Shown: piece after piece, positions 42,101 through 53,701 of the stretch
How the letters are laid out: each line of letters starts with the position of its first letter
Position numbering within the stretch: position 1 is the stretch's first letter
Assembly (NCBI RefSeq): GCF_964204865.1
Contig: NC_135253.1
Span: 9,920,001 to 9,984,000 of the forward strand
Reading direction: 5' to 3'
Length of the DNA: 64,000 bases
DNA from: Styela clava
Lineage: Eukaryota
The notes under the pieces: model-generated
Databases searched by the model: none
What the model was told of the DNA's origin: nothing
The model's input: the letters and a program-made list of their open reading frames with translations, nothing else
Position numbers and translations under genes: made by a program

Positions 42101-42379
42101 ATTTCCATACACTTCGTTCCAACGGGATGCAAACACAGAGTGATTCTTAGGCGGTAAATATCGGTCTGGTTTTGTAGTAAAAGCTATTCCTGCTTCTCGA
42201 ATATCCCTTGCTATTTTTTCGTGTGTTGTGGTCGCTCTTGCACTAATCTCGTGAATTTGCGACGAACTGAAGTAAAGCATCGGGTGAAAACCGTCAGAGA
42301 AATCAATACGTCGTCCATATCCAAACAATGCATAACTACCTGCGATCAGCACCAGTCCAACCATAATACTGATTCCCAT
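35688..42379 (-). CDS. DSEL: Dermatan-sulfate epimerase-like protein, 1200 aa; join(complement 40773..42379, 40138..40310, 38221..38932, 37958..38086, 37380..37599, 36587..36864, 35688..36171)
   Basis: Exons sum to 3603 nt with consistent phases. DS-epimerase motifs RWNEVYGNNL, VPVGHSL, HNH, DGSLDEGVSYGSYT, DWGVVTYG, FNPGHEHPDQNSF, YGPKY; two TM helices; C-terminal sulfotransferase-like domain (TALPGSGSE, VRDPRSW, VRFEDVV), which marks DSEL rather than DSE. Confidence 0.93.
36587..36864 (-). CDS. DSEL: DSEL coding exon 6
   Basis: SGFWITKLPWI and VVRDPRSW; TTTTTTCAG| and AG|GTATGT. Confidence 0.88.
37380..37599 (-). CDS. DSEL: DSEL coding exon 5 (start of sulfotransferase-like domain)
   Basis: FVTALPGSGSELM 5'-PSB-like loop; TTTTCATAG| and CAG|GTAATT. 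Confidence 0.87.
37958..38086 (-). CDS. DSEL: DSEL coding exon 4 (second TM helix)
   Basis: 129-nt phase 2-2 open exon, FGVFSLVLLTIINLLCI; TTTTCTAG| and AG|GTGAC. Confidence 0.75.
38221..38932 (-). CDS. DSEL: DSEL coding exon 3 (ends with first TM helix)
   Basis: TNFINVT and GFGGYA motifs; TTTTACAG| and AG|GTAAGT. Confidence 0.88.
39268..40117 (+). mobile_element. hAT-Charlie non-autonomous element in DSEL intron 2
   Basis: TIRs (A)AGGGTGGTCCAA / TTGAACCACCCTG, GTGGCCCGC subterminal repeats, decayed transposase C-terminus (DFASVTPMFESIHICGSTLSVMKCLKS) near 39800-39900. Confidence 0.82.
40138..40310 (-). CDS. DSEL: DSEL coding exon 2
   Basis: SKSLQLSSVYRGILLLNPEVLIVVD resembles DSEL; CCCACAG| and G|GTAACT. 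Confidence 0.88.
40773..42379 (-). CDS. DSEL: DSEL coding exon 1 (epimerase catalytic domain)
   Basis: GCCATGG start context, signal anchor, catalytic His/Tyr/His motifs, donor TC|GTAAGT. The ORF track starts this ORF at an upstream TTG. Confidence 0.93.
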
Positions 42380-44583
42380 GGCACCTGTATCGAATACCCA
42401 CCGACCTCCGAACAAATTAACCAATTAATGTATTCCAGATCTACATTTTTCTATCTGTGAATTTGTATGATGATTACAGATTATCTTATGCTACTTCGAT
42501 AAAGGCATGTTCAACAGATGGGTCATTGAAAATTCAAACCCACCGTTGGGTGACAACAATAAAATAGATCAACATACTTTGCGTAAATAAATTACTCACT
42601 TATCCCACATATTATTCCAATCACTATATATATATACTCAATTTATCATGACGTTGTAAAACCTGAAATACGCCAACTGGTCTAACTAAACCACGTTGAT
42701 GTTTTGTGAATTCCTCTACTGTTGCTAACCTAAAACACAATTTTATTTAAAGATGTGCTAAATACCAAACCTTATATATTCGTCAAAAGACATGTCAAAT
42801 CATTACCGTAACGTAGCCTAAATGCTTCCGTACGAATGGACTACGTAGATATTTCCATGCTTTACCGTGAGAACTGTCTGTTTCGCGTTGCGGCGTGTGA
42901 TAGCGAGAACATCAGGAAACCGACGAGTATATTCATTTGGGAGTTTCACAGTTCTAACAAACTAGGCTCCTGCTTTGGTTTTAAGCTTGGCTAGTCACGC
43001 GTTCCGTGCAGCGTGGAAACACGAATTCAATTTTGATTTGTGAATGTCGTTGTCTGCTGTGATTTCTGGTCAATTATGGAAAGGCAAGGTTATACATACC
43101 AATGTGACTATATTATTACATTTAAAAACACACTTCAACTACGTGAAATGATTTTTATTTGTCATATTTCACATTTTTGGCTTATTCTTGCATATCCCTG
43201 ATCTGAATTGGACAACTCTTTTTGTCATTTCTCTGCTTCCCATATAAAAAGATGCCTCTCATGACAAGTAAACCTCTCAATTAGTCTTTCACCACTGATT
43301 TAGTTGTCATGGAACGTAAACAAACCGTTCAGAACACATCAATGACAGCCTAGAATGACCCAATCAGATAACATTAATTGATTACCTCGCTGTGAATTTT
43401 TCACATGCATTGATGTAGTTACTAATTGAGAACTCACACAGTTTTAGCTAATATATAATGCAAAGCAATCTATCCCTCGCAAACTAGGCGAGTAAACTCG
43501 GATGTAAACTCGGTTAACTATGAGCCTTGCTTCTATATATAAGCGCATATATATCAGATTTGAAACCTCTAAACAAGAGTTCAAACAGGTCAAATGGGTA
43601 CCGCAGATGCCCGCAGATTCTCAACGTACAGAGCAATAAAATTGATAACGCTATGTCCAATATAAAAAAACGATAACAGCAAACTAGTAAACTTGATCAT
43701 ACTTGAACTTGTGACTGAATTACCCATAAACGCTCGATGCGCTCCAAGTATAGGAAGAAATATATTTACCTTCAAACTTTCTGAAATTGATTGGGATCAA
43801 TATAAGCGGCAAATGAAATAGACGGTATTTCTATAACGTCCTCTATAAGGTTAGGTACCTGTCGGTCTCTGTGGGTATGATGCGACCAACGTTGAACGCA
43901 ATTCTCAGAGCTATTATAAATTTTCTTTAAATATTTTGTACTGTTGTTGTATAGACGTTGTGTAGCTGATGGTAAAATACTTTCTAAGCGTCCACGTACT
44001 ATAGCTAGCTACACAATTTACTATACAAGAACGCCATCTTAATTCCCAAATCAAATTTAACCCTTCGAGTAAACAAGTACGACGCTTAGAAGATGCGGAA
44101 TAGAGGTTTTCTCAGCTATTATACAAATACGAGTTGTTTGATATGTAAGTCTCTTCGTTAGGAATTTTTTGCCGTTCTGCAGCACTGATTTTAATGCTTG
44201 GCCGAGCGTGAACGCTCACACTTATATACCGCAGGTTAACTTATGCATTGGCGTTTCGAGGCCATATATTCGCTAACGCTAGCAGTGATGCATTTGGTTA
44301 CTGGACGATAGTTGGCCTTCTGTTTTTAACCTTTGCTTAAGCCATTTTATCTCATTGTTTAAAATCTGCAATAAGAAATTATATCGAGTGTTTTCACTTT
44401 GAAAGGCTAAAATATGACCAGATACGAATCTATGAAATACATTAATGCATAGAAGAAGTTTTTCATACTTATTCCGCGTGAGAGGAAAATCGACATGAGT
44501 CAATGATAAGACGATCCACGTCCGTCCGGTTACCACTTCATGTCGGATATGGAAATAATAACCGGTTCTAATGCGCCGACATT

Positions 44584-44813
44584 GGTACTCCCGTAGTATG
44601 TGAACCAAGATGGCGGACACCGGAACGTAGTATGTGTACCAGGTTAGGCCATAATTTCAGGTACAAATACTACGGGTGTCACTTGGCTAACCCCCGAACT
44701 CGTAGTAGAACTAAAATAAGAAAAATTGGATTAAAATCATGGCCTGACCCTAACCTGGTACACATACTTCGTTCCGGTGCCCGCCATCTTGGATAACATA
44801 CTACGGGAGTAGC
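44584..44813. mobile_element. Palindromic MITE with ~70-bp TIRs and 3-bp ATT TSD (PIF/Harbinger-like?)
   Basis: GGTACTCCCGTAGTATG..CCAAGATGGCGG..GTATGTGTACCAGGTTAGG at both ends, inverted; att on both flanks. Confidence 0.8.
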
Positions 44814-45525
44814 ATTGATGGCGGGAAAAATCCCAAAGTCCCATCAGGTATTTACCATTCCCCGAGTCGAGCAATTATTGTTCCACAGCTTGCATATTTA
44901 ACGAGTAAAATAAGGACTGAAGTAAAAATAGTCTATCAAAGTATTCAGGAACGTGTTATAGACATAATTACATTGAAAGTCCTGAAACAAGGTCCAACAC
45001 AGTTGGGGTAAGGCAACACCAATAATACTCTCTATGCTCAATAATCATTGTATGTTTAATTCTGCGCCCGTGAATATATTAAAAATCTTGTTAGTTTTTA
45101 GTTACATTTCCCAGTGTAGATTTTTAATTTGTAAAGTAATTATTTGTAAATCGGTCAACATATCATTCGATATGCCACCTATCAGTGTCTACTCTGGTGG
45201 TATTAAACGGAGGCGATTTCATGCACCGCTGGGTGATTTGGCTCAAAAAGATTGTAGTTAACTCAAATATGAATTTTGCTGTTTTTTTGTTAACTATTTG
45301 GCCCAAATGCAGGTATTTAGATTTAGACTGGATGGATCGATTATGACGACGACTCGTTTAAATGTTCTCACCATGTATCAAATTAGCTCTTCAGTCCCGG
45401 CAAAACATCGTTATCGCAAAACTATTATCTCGCTAAAATAAATCTTTTATTTTATTTAATCATGGTATATATTTTCTTCGAATGCTCGATATCTGGTATT
45501 GTCAACAGTTGCTTAATGACGTACT

Positions 45526-45953
45526 CTATGTATTATCATTATTATTTAATAGGCTACATCTCTTATTTGTCTGCTTGGTTAGAAGTGTAGTCTTCTCAGA
45601 ATTATTCGCGTTTGACCGGTGGTATACTGAAGTTACTGCCATAAGCATTGGGAGGGAAACCACAGATACAGTAAGAGGTACGAATATTGCAATAGTCTCG
45701 TTGAAAGTCTCCATCAGAACTCTTTCCACCGCAATGAAAATACTCTGGAATATGAGCATTGGTATGTAATGAGCACACATCAAGGTGACTTTTTCTGCAG
45801 GATAGGTAACCTCCGTTAAATATTCCACAAGAGTTACTTCCGAAAATCCACGCAGTCCCATCGTTAACGGATACAAAAATGTGAGCGCTTTCAGGCACTT
45901 GTAATGATGTGCAAATAATATAGAAATGCAGCTTGATATAAGTCCAGCAATAG
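45526..45953 (-). CDS. SLC49-like transporter coding exon 3
   Basis: TTTTTAG| acceptor puts PIAGLISSCISILF in frame with EYLTEVTYP; TM9-12 and stop. Confidence 0.82.
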
Positions 45954-47613
45954 CTAAAAATAAACAGAATTAGTTTGTAAAGTTCAGAAAACTCATTGGT
46001 TTCAATTGCACCGCACTCGTAATACAAATTTGGCATTTCCTCATTCGCTCGGAGTGCTGTAATTAAAAACTACAAAAACGAACGTTTTAACAGCGCTCTT
46101 AAAATGAAAAACGAAATGCATTTTTTAGTCACTATTTATCGGCCACGACATAAATGCATTTATATACATCATCTATTCCTATGCTATCTTCTTAATACAT
46201 TAAAACCAACGTACCAAATTATGGACTGATTTACTGTATCCTAATTAAACCAGAAATTACCAATAACAATTACTCCTCAATGGGTGGAATACAATAGTCA
46301 ATGGAATACTTACGCAAAGAACTAAATAACTTATAACGTCCAAATCTATCTATTAGCAGTCCAGCTGCTAAAGAGAAGAAAACAGCAAGTATGTTTCCTA
46401 CAATTCTAATTGTTCCTGGGAGTGACTCTGGAATATCTGGAAACGTTTTCATCAGTAACGATGTGATGAGAACTTTTGTCATTGCAAAATAAGATGTGTC
46501 AAGTGACACTATAATTGTTATCAAAACAAAGTTGATATTTCGGTAATGTGATGCAGTTTTCTTCAGGCTTTCGAGAATGTTTTCCATACTCATTACAGCC
46601 TTTTTTTGATTTGATGCGTTCAAAATTTTTTCCTGAGATGCACTTGGCGGACTTGGTGGGTGATCCTTGGCATATAAGCAGACAAATATGACGCAAATTA
46701 GCAAAAACGATGAAATAATTCCAAAACTTATTGCAAAAACATTTCGAACTTTATCAGAATCAAACTTTTTGTTCAAATTGTCGAGTACGTCATTCAATAG
46801 CAAGGGATATAGCAGTGATGATAACATCTGACCAGCATGAATTGCGCTGAATTCGATCGCAATTGTCGTCCCGACTTCATTTTCAGAAAACCAGTTTGCA
46901 GCCATATTTACCGAAGTGACAAATGATATTCCTGCTGAAATTCCGATAAAAATTTGTCCCATCAGCACGAAATAGTAATAGTCGCTATAAAAAGATTTGA
47001 CACATTTAGGAGTCCTATGTGTATTTTTTTTCAATGTCCGAATAGCGGGATATTATTGCATTTGCTGGCATATAATTTGACTATTATAAAACATCTTTGT
47101 GTTTATTCTAGCAACAATATACCGACAACAAATAATATATTTAACATGCCTCAATAAATTTTCCATGGTTCAAATTTAGAAAATCAATTATGGATGATCG
47201 ATAATTTAAAATAAATATACAACAAAGTATTGTGGTTTTATCACTGTGATGTTCAAGATCATACATTCTATTTTTGACATAGGTTTTATATAAATCTCCT
47301 ATTAGCTTTCATACTTATGTAGAAATCCTATTGTCACCGTTATTGCGCCAAAGAGTCCACCAATTGTTAAAATGATACACTGTGCACGAACCCCGATATG
47401 ATTATGAAATAATGCCATGACAACCAAAACGATGGATCCAACAAAAAACGTAGCACTCGGTAGCATGTCGACTGAAAATGGTGAAATATTGAAGTATCTG
47501 GCAACTATGTTGGTCACGATTCCATAAGCACATGATGAGAAGTCAACCGTGAAGTTGGCAAAGAAAAGAACACCAACAAAGCACCACCTGATCCTGTATA
47601 GTGTGTATTCCAT
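45526..47613 (-). CDS. FLVCR/SLC49-family major facilitator transporter, 465 aa; join(complement 47315..47613, 46314..46984, 45526..45953)
   Basis: Exons sum to 1398 nt in phase; about 12 hydrophobic helices. Family motifs YRIRW, GQ, ANWFSENEVGT, PPSPPSASQ, GLLIDRFGRYK, EYLTEVTYPAE. Confidence 0.85.
46314..46984 (-). CDS. SLC49-like transporter coding exon 2
   Basis: TTTTTATAG| acceptor, TM4-8, donor C|GTAAGT. Confidence 0.87.
47315..47613 (-). CDS. SLC49-like transporter coding exon 1
   Basis: MEYTLYRIRW start, TM1-3, donor AA|GTATGA. Confidence 0.82.
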
Positions 47614-47682
47614 TATAATATCAATTCAAATCTGAGAATTAAAGTGTATATTATAGGACACAAAGTACACATATGCAAAATT

Positions 47683-47898
47683 GGGTACTCCCGTAGTATG
47701 TGTACCAGGTTAGGGTTAGGCCATAATTTTATTTCGTTTTCCCTTATTTTAGTTTTATTACGAGTTCGGAAACTGTTTGTGTTAGCCAAGTGAATATACC
47801 CCCTTCCCATAAGCTTCAGTCCCTTTACACAACTTGATGTAAAGTAGGCGAACAAAATTAGTTACCTCTATATTGGTACACATACTTCTGGCGCTCCC
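47683..47898. mobile_element. MITE of the GGGTACTCCC / TTAGGG family
   Basis: GGGTACTCCCGTAGTATGTGTACCAGGTTAGGGTTAGG left end; imperfect inverted right end TGGTACACATACTTCTGGCGCTCCC. Confidence 0.8.
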
Positions 47899-48916
47899 TG
47901 TCTAAAACTTGTCATTAGACACATACGTCTTGTTTTACAAATAGTTCATGTCTAAACCAGGACTTCAATTGCAACTAAATGTCTTCCGTAAGTCAAACAC
48001 AGACATTAAGTATACAATTCGAAAGATATCTGCGGAATTTCAGTCTTGGTTATGCAACTTCTGAACTCACATCGCAACATCAACTGAAAAATTTAGATTT
48101 TCTTGAAATTAGGTAATTTCGCACACTTACAAATGTAGTCCCTTATGCACATTTGTAGACGAATTTAACACGTACTAATTTTTTTGTGAGAATAATACGA
48201 TGGACTTCGCGTATAAAAATCTTTGCAGAAAGCCATAGAGCATATAAAACGATTTCTATTTTCCGAGTGGGATATTTTCCGGTCTGTGAGTACGTGCGGT
48301 CTTCCGGTCTGTCAGTAAGTGTGCTCAATTAGTCGGGCAAGAGTTAATTTTTTGATTTTATCATCTCAGAAGTTCAAAACTTTTGTGACCTCAATAATCT
48401 TTAAAGCTCCAACTTCATTTTTCTGTTTTTGATTTGTATTGACTATTAGGTTGGAATCATTTTCGAAAAAACATTTGTTAGCTTGGTTCGATCATGAGCC
48501 GGAACCTGGTTTACAACTTATTTTATATTACATCCAGTTGTGGGATTCAAATTTTTTGTCAGTCGGTTCTATCACAAAAGTCATATTTTTCAGGCGGTTT
48601 TGTTACATGTTTTTTTAGTAATGCTAACCGGTTCGCTGATCCCATGAAATGGTAATGGTTGGAGACAGAAGGTACCATCTGAAAATCCAATGCTATGTTA
48701 ATCTCATGTATATATATAAGTAAGTAAGCAACAGAGGAAAATAAACTTTTGCGACTGCAAATACAGAAATTGAAGGAACCGGAGGAAAAACAGCGTGAAA
48801 TGCACTAGGAAACATACAGCCGTTTGTAACCGATGACCAGTCCTACGCGACAGATAGGCGTTTATGCACAGCAGATAGATGGAGGTTGCAAGCAACAGAT
48901 GGTAAGTCATGTAGAT

Positions 48917-49277
48917 CAGTGTTTTTCAACCTTTTCCTAGTCAAGGCACACTTTTTTCACTGAGAAAATCCCGCGGCACACCCCCAGCTTAAAATGTGGG
49001 GAAAAGACTTAATATTCACAATATAAGGGTTATATTGTTAAAATAAGCTTTTTTAACTTTGAAGAAAGATGTTGAATTGGACATATTGAATAGTAATCAA
49101 ATAAAACAAGGAAAAAAGGCAAATCGCCACCTACTGCTGCCACATTCTGATATGGAACAGATTACTCTGACGGGCGCTACACCGCATAGACACACAAATT
49201 GGAGAATTTCCCACGGCATCCCTGACATTATTTTACGGCACACCTGTGTGCCGCGGCACCCCGGTTGAAAAACACTG
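48917..49277. mobile_element. Young hAT-Charlie MITE (361 bp)
   Basis: Perfect 15-bp TIR CAGTGTTTTTCAACC and perfect 8-bp TSD atgtagat. Confidence 0.92.
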
Positions 49278-49894
49278 ATGTAGATTGTAGAAAAGGTTGA
49301 ACTCCAAAATACGAAATTAGATATTCCGTCACCAAAAGAGCCATATATGGCTCGCGAGCCATGGGTTCCCGACCTCTGACTGCAGAGTTGTATATCGTAT
49401 TTGCGTATGTACAGAACTGTATTTTTTCTGTTTTAAAACACACAACAAGCGCTGCATGAAACTGGTTCAAGACAATTTTTTGGGGTATGTTATTAAATTC
49501 ACTCAACATCACATGCGATCGACTACTGATATACAGTAATTGTTTTATCCATCAAAATTAATCACAACCAACAGTAAAAAAAAACAGCATTCACAAACGT
49601 TTTTTGATTTTATTACAATTTTTTAACTGTAAAATTTTGTTCAAATTTTGAAATGAATCCTACATATCACATCCTGTACACTACATAGCAAACCATACAA
49701 AATTGTATCCCTTCAAAAACAAAACCAACAGTAAGATAGCAAACAATGTCTATTTTCTGATACATTCACTTAAATTTTCCCCGATGAATTTTTTCATCAT
49801 ATTCTCAAAAACACTTCTATACTGCGTATTAAACCACAAACATTAAAAAGACACCATAAAATTTAAAATAAAAACAATAACTTATATTTAAAAG

Positions 49895-51487
49895 TTTTCT
49901 CCTGATTTTTTGGCTGCAAAGTCTTTTTTTCGAATTTAGATGGTCTAAACTAAGCCTCCATTAACAAGGATAAAGCGTCTAATCTGCCTTGTTTCATAGT
50001 TTTGTAGACGTCAGCTGAGAAAATGCACGTTCTGCTGAACAATTTGTGATCAATAATGTTAAAAATATACGAAAGCCAATGTATACATTTGGAAGGGCGA
50101 ATTCTTCAATGTTATCCTCCACAAATATTTTTTAAAGTTCAGCTTGACTGAATCTTGATTTTACATTTTTTTTTGAATTTATGGAGCACATATGAATAAA
50201 ACTACTTGAAGCTCAGTTGATAATTTACTGTTGAAATTTTGTGGATAAGCATCAATAAGCCATTGACAACACTGTCAACATTTTAAAAGACATTTTGTTA
50301 CATGGTTAAATGAAATTTAACTCTGGCATTCAAATATAAATCTCGTGCATCTACGTCATTATTTCTGATATTTACGTTTGCGAGTTATAGCTGTCTGGTA
50401 GCATTTCCTTTGTAGCTGCTTCATCGCGTCTAATACAACTCGTGAAATGTGCAGCTGGTCACGTAATGATGCATACAGATCTGCACGTGTTTGTAACTCT
50501 ACATCCTCACTTTGCGCAAAGCTTGACTCATTTTGTGAAAAAAATTTGAAATTTTATTCCAAAACGATAATATGAAAACGAACTTAGCTCTTGCATTTTA
50601 TCTGCAATATTATTTGCCCCTCTTCTAGCACCTCCCGTTTGTGACTTGTTTCCAGGCTTGTCCATGGGACATATTTTTCTGTCCCATTCCCATCCAATAG
50701 CAATTATGCCTCTCCCATCCCACCCTATGGAATTCCCGTTGGGATAGAATTCAATCAAAAATGTTAAATTTAGGTTTAGCGCCTACTAAATGGGACTACA
50801 TATACGAATAGACATGCAAAACAACAAAATTTACGAACTTTGTAATTTTATATTCATAACTGTTATACATGTGTCCATCAGCCCCTTCACGAAGTATATT
50901 TTAATGCTGAATATATTTTGCTCTATATAACTAACAAGAAAGCTATGCTCAAATATATGGACACGAAATTCATAACGAAATGTTTTACCATCATAAGATT
51001 TTCGTGTCGACTCCAACGTGTCCCATGGGAAATACAAATGTGTGCTGTCCCATGCCATCGGACGTTTCCCACGGACAAGCCTGCTGGTTTCCCTATATAT
51101 TCCAGTGCTTCGGTGATTTTGAGAGAGGTTTTATAATTGCTCCCAATCTGGTGTCAGAGGGGAATTTCAGCACAATTCCATTCCCGAATCAAAAAACTCT
51201 TTCATATCAAAAATACTTCCAACTTTGCTAAACACTAGATCGCTTAAATTCGATCGCGAAACTGTCAAATAGTGCGCTATTTTCAATTTTACTAATTTCG
51301 TCGCATGAAACTTCGGAGTGAAAACCAATTCCATAGAGCCCAATAAAATTTTCGAAATATATACAACAATCTTAAAAACACTAATGCACCATTTAAAATT
51401 CTGCTATAAATTTCTTTGTGGTGCCCCTTTTGCTTGGTGGGTGCCCTAAGTACATGCTTTTATTGCTCAATGGTTAATCCAGGACTG
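49895..51487 (-). mobile_element. Decayed hAT (Tip100/ZMYM1-like) transposon remnant
   Basis: Minus-strand fragments VLKFPSDTR, NNIADKMQEL, LPNVYIGFRIFLTLLITNCSAERAFSQL, TMKQGRLDALSLL, DFAAKKS; one end reads CAGTCCTGGATTAACCATT. Confidence 0.8.
50653..51083. mobile_element. hAT MITE inserted into the Tip100-like remnant
   Basis: TIR CAGGCTTGTCC(A/G)TGGGA, TSD cttgtttc / ctggtttc (7 of 8 match), TCCCAT subterminal repeats. Confidence 0.88.
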
Positions 51488-52129
51488 GGTACAAGAATCA
51501 TGAATTGAATTGTGCAGATTGCACCCAGCCACTGCGATGAGTCGCGCATTCCACCTTGACTTTGCACCAAGCAACTCCTCATTTGAAGAGATGTTTCGTG
51601 CTTTATTTCAGTAAAACACTACTTTATTTTTAAACGCTGAGTTGACTAAGCGCCGCGCAATTCATTTTTTTTTAGCTAGGTCCCGAAATCTCAACTTAGA
51701 CTGGCTTGGTTGTTTTTTGACGATAGCACTATATGCCTGTTCACCCTGCAAGTTATAAAATTATTCAAATATAACAATTCATCATAAAATTGCCTTGTAA
51801 AAAAGATGACAGAGAAAAACTGTGGGAAAACGTATTTCCTTACCTACAACAACGGTAAACCAGTGTTTGGCATGCATTTAAGTAATATATATCTGCCACG
51901 ATAGGATATACTTTGAAGCGACATTGCAAAGCCAAACACGAGAGAAGATACGGAAAATACCACGGTACTTCTCAAGAAGCAATTTTGAAATGACTAAACT
52001 TTATATACATATATATTCTTTGAAATAAAACAAACACCACCCATGCAACATAACAATAGGCTGAATAGGACGGTAAACTCTCATTCTTTATTATATATAA
52101 AGTAAGTAAACCCGCGATATTTTGATCAC

Positions 52130-53235
52130 TTTAGGGTTTCCCCCGACTGCGGCCCGCGAGACTCTCCTCCAACTATTTGCGCCCCTTCAACTTTGCAACC
52201 TTGGACCACCCTGTACTAAATAACCAATACATAAAATTGTCCTAATCAGGTGTGAAACCGGTTTTCTGAAAATGAAGTCGGGACGTCAATTGCGATCAAA
52301 TTCAGCGCAATTCATGCTGGTCACATATTATCATCTCAGCTATATTTCTTGCTATTGGATGGCGTACCCGACAGTTTGATTCTGATAAAGTTCGAAATGC
52401 TTTTGCAAGTTTTGGAAATATTTCATCGTTTTTGCGATGCGACCCCATGGAACTTCCAATGCGACCCTCGAACGCTTAACAATAATTGTAATATTTGTAA
52501 TAATTTTAAGTTTTTTTTTTATCCAAATGTAATACATCTAGATATATAGTCCGTGCTTCCGAAAACAAATACCCAATGACCAACCCGACATGGAATGGTA
52601 ACCGGACCAGAGGCCGTGGTTCGCCATATGATTAATCCGTCTTATCTCTTTCATTTCCCCCTGGCTAAATATGTAAATCCTATTCTATTTTTCAAACCTT
52701 TAAAAGTGAAAGTGATTATTCACACAGGAAACACAGTATTAGTATGCAAAAAGTTAGGTGTTATGACTGTATGAACGAAAATACAGCAGCATCAAAAAAT
52801 TTGCATGCTACATCTTAGCAAGTATTATTCTTTTTCGATCAAAAGTTTGTTCAAAAATGTTTTTGATAGTTATCAAAAACTGTTTGCGGCCCTTGGCACA
52901 ATCCTAAAATGCAATTTAGCCCTCGAAAACCCACGAGTTTGACACCCCTGTTTTAGACAACAATCCGTATACTCTGCTGGGCCTTATTTCACTGTGACGT
53001 TGTAGTGACGTAATTTTTGGATGACGTAGTCAGCTGGGGGTTAGAAATGCGAAAATGGTTATGCCACGCTAACTAAGTACTTGACGGCGTTTAGTGAACT
53101 AACTCCAAAATTTTGATTATTGATCTCATAACATGCGTTGTGCACTTCGCACAAGCCCGCCGTTAGGGCATTGTAACACCATACTCTCCGCGGGCTGCAC
53201 AATTTGACCCGCTGGCCACAGGTTGCAAACCTCGA
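52130..53235. repeat. Cluster of hAT-Charlie terminal fragments
   Basis: Isolated ends: ..ACCTTGGACCACCCTG (~52213), ..CCCACGAGTTTGACACCCCTG (~52950, same family as the 59873 end), GCCCGC/GGCCACAGGTTGC motifs (~53155-53233). Confidence 0.55.
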
Positions 53236-53701
53236 TATATACCATAACATCTCCCACTACTCGTTACCACTTTAATATTCGCAGCTACGCATTCTTTCCC
53301 TGCGCAAGTACCTAAGTTTACGGCAATAAAACGCTAAAACAATGATCTAATGCAAAAGGAAATTCCACACTGTCGCCAGTCTGGCAAACTAGCCAAAATG
53401 GAAGTGCCCAATAGCACATTCAAAGTTTTAAACATATGAATTAATATGCCCCCTATATAAATAAAATACTGTTTTAGACGTGATCGTCTCATAGACATCA
53501 CTCTCTTCTTTTTCAGATGGGAAATTTTCCATCTTCAAAACTGACAATATTAAAATACGAAGATATCTGTAAAGAAACACAAAGAACTGTACACTAAAAT
53601 AAAATGTCTATTTAAAATCAAAACAATCAATTGTTGAAATTTAATTAAAAACATCACCACGGTCAAATGTAGTCATCCAAATATTTGGCCTTAGCCTAGT
53701 C

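Noticed and set aside
45602-46036. 144-aa ORF overlapping transporter exon 3
   Set aside because: Alternative frame starting in the intron; splice phase and the EVTYP motif select the other frame.
35688-47613. Operon of the co-oriented transporter, DSEL and ephrin genes
   Set aside because: Intergenic gaps are about 3.1 kb and 7.7 kb, and DSEL and the transporter have candidate upstream cis donors (~42599, ~48129), so polycistronic organisation is unsupported.
48730-48905. Coiled-coil-like plus-strand exon with a GTAAGT donor
   Set aside because: In-frame stops and no partner exons.
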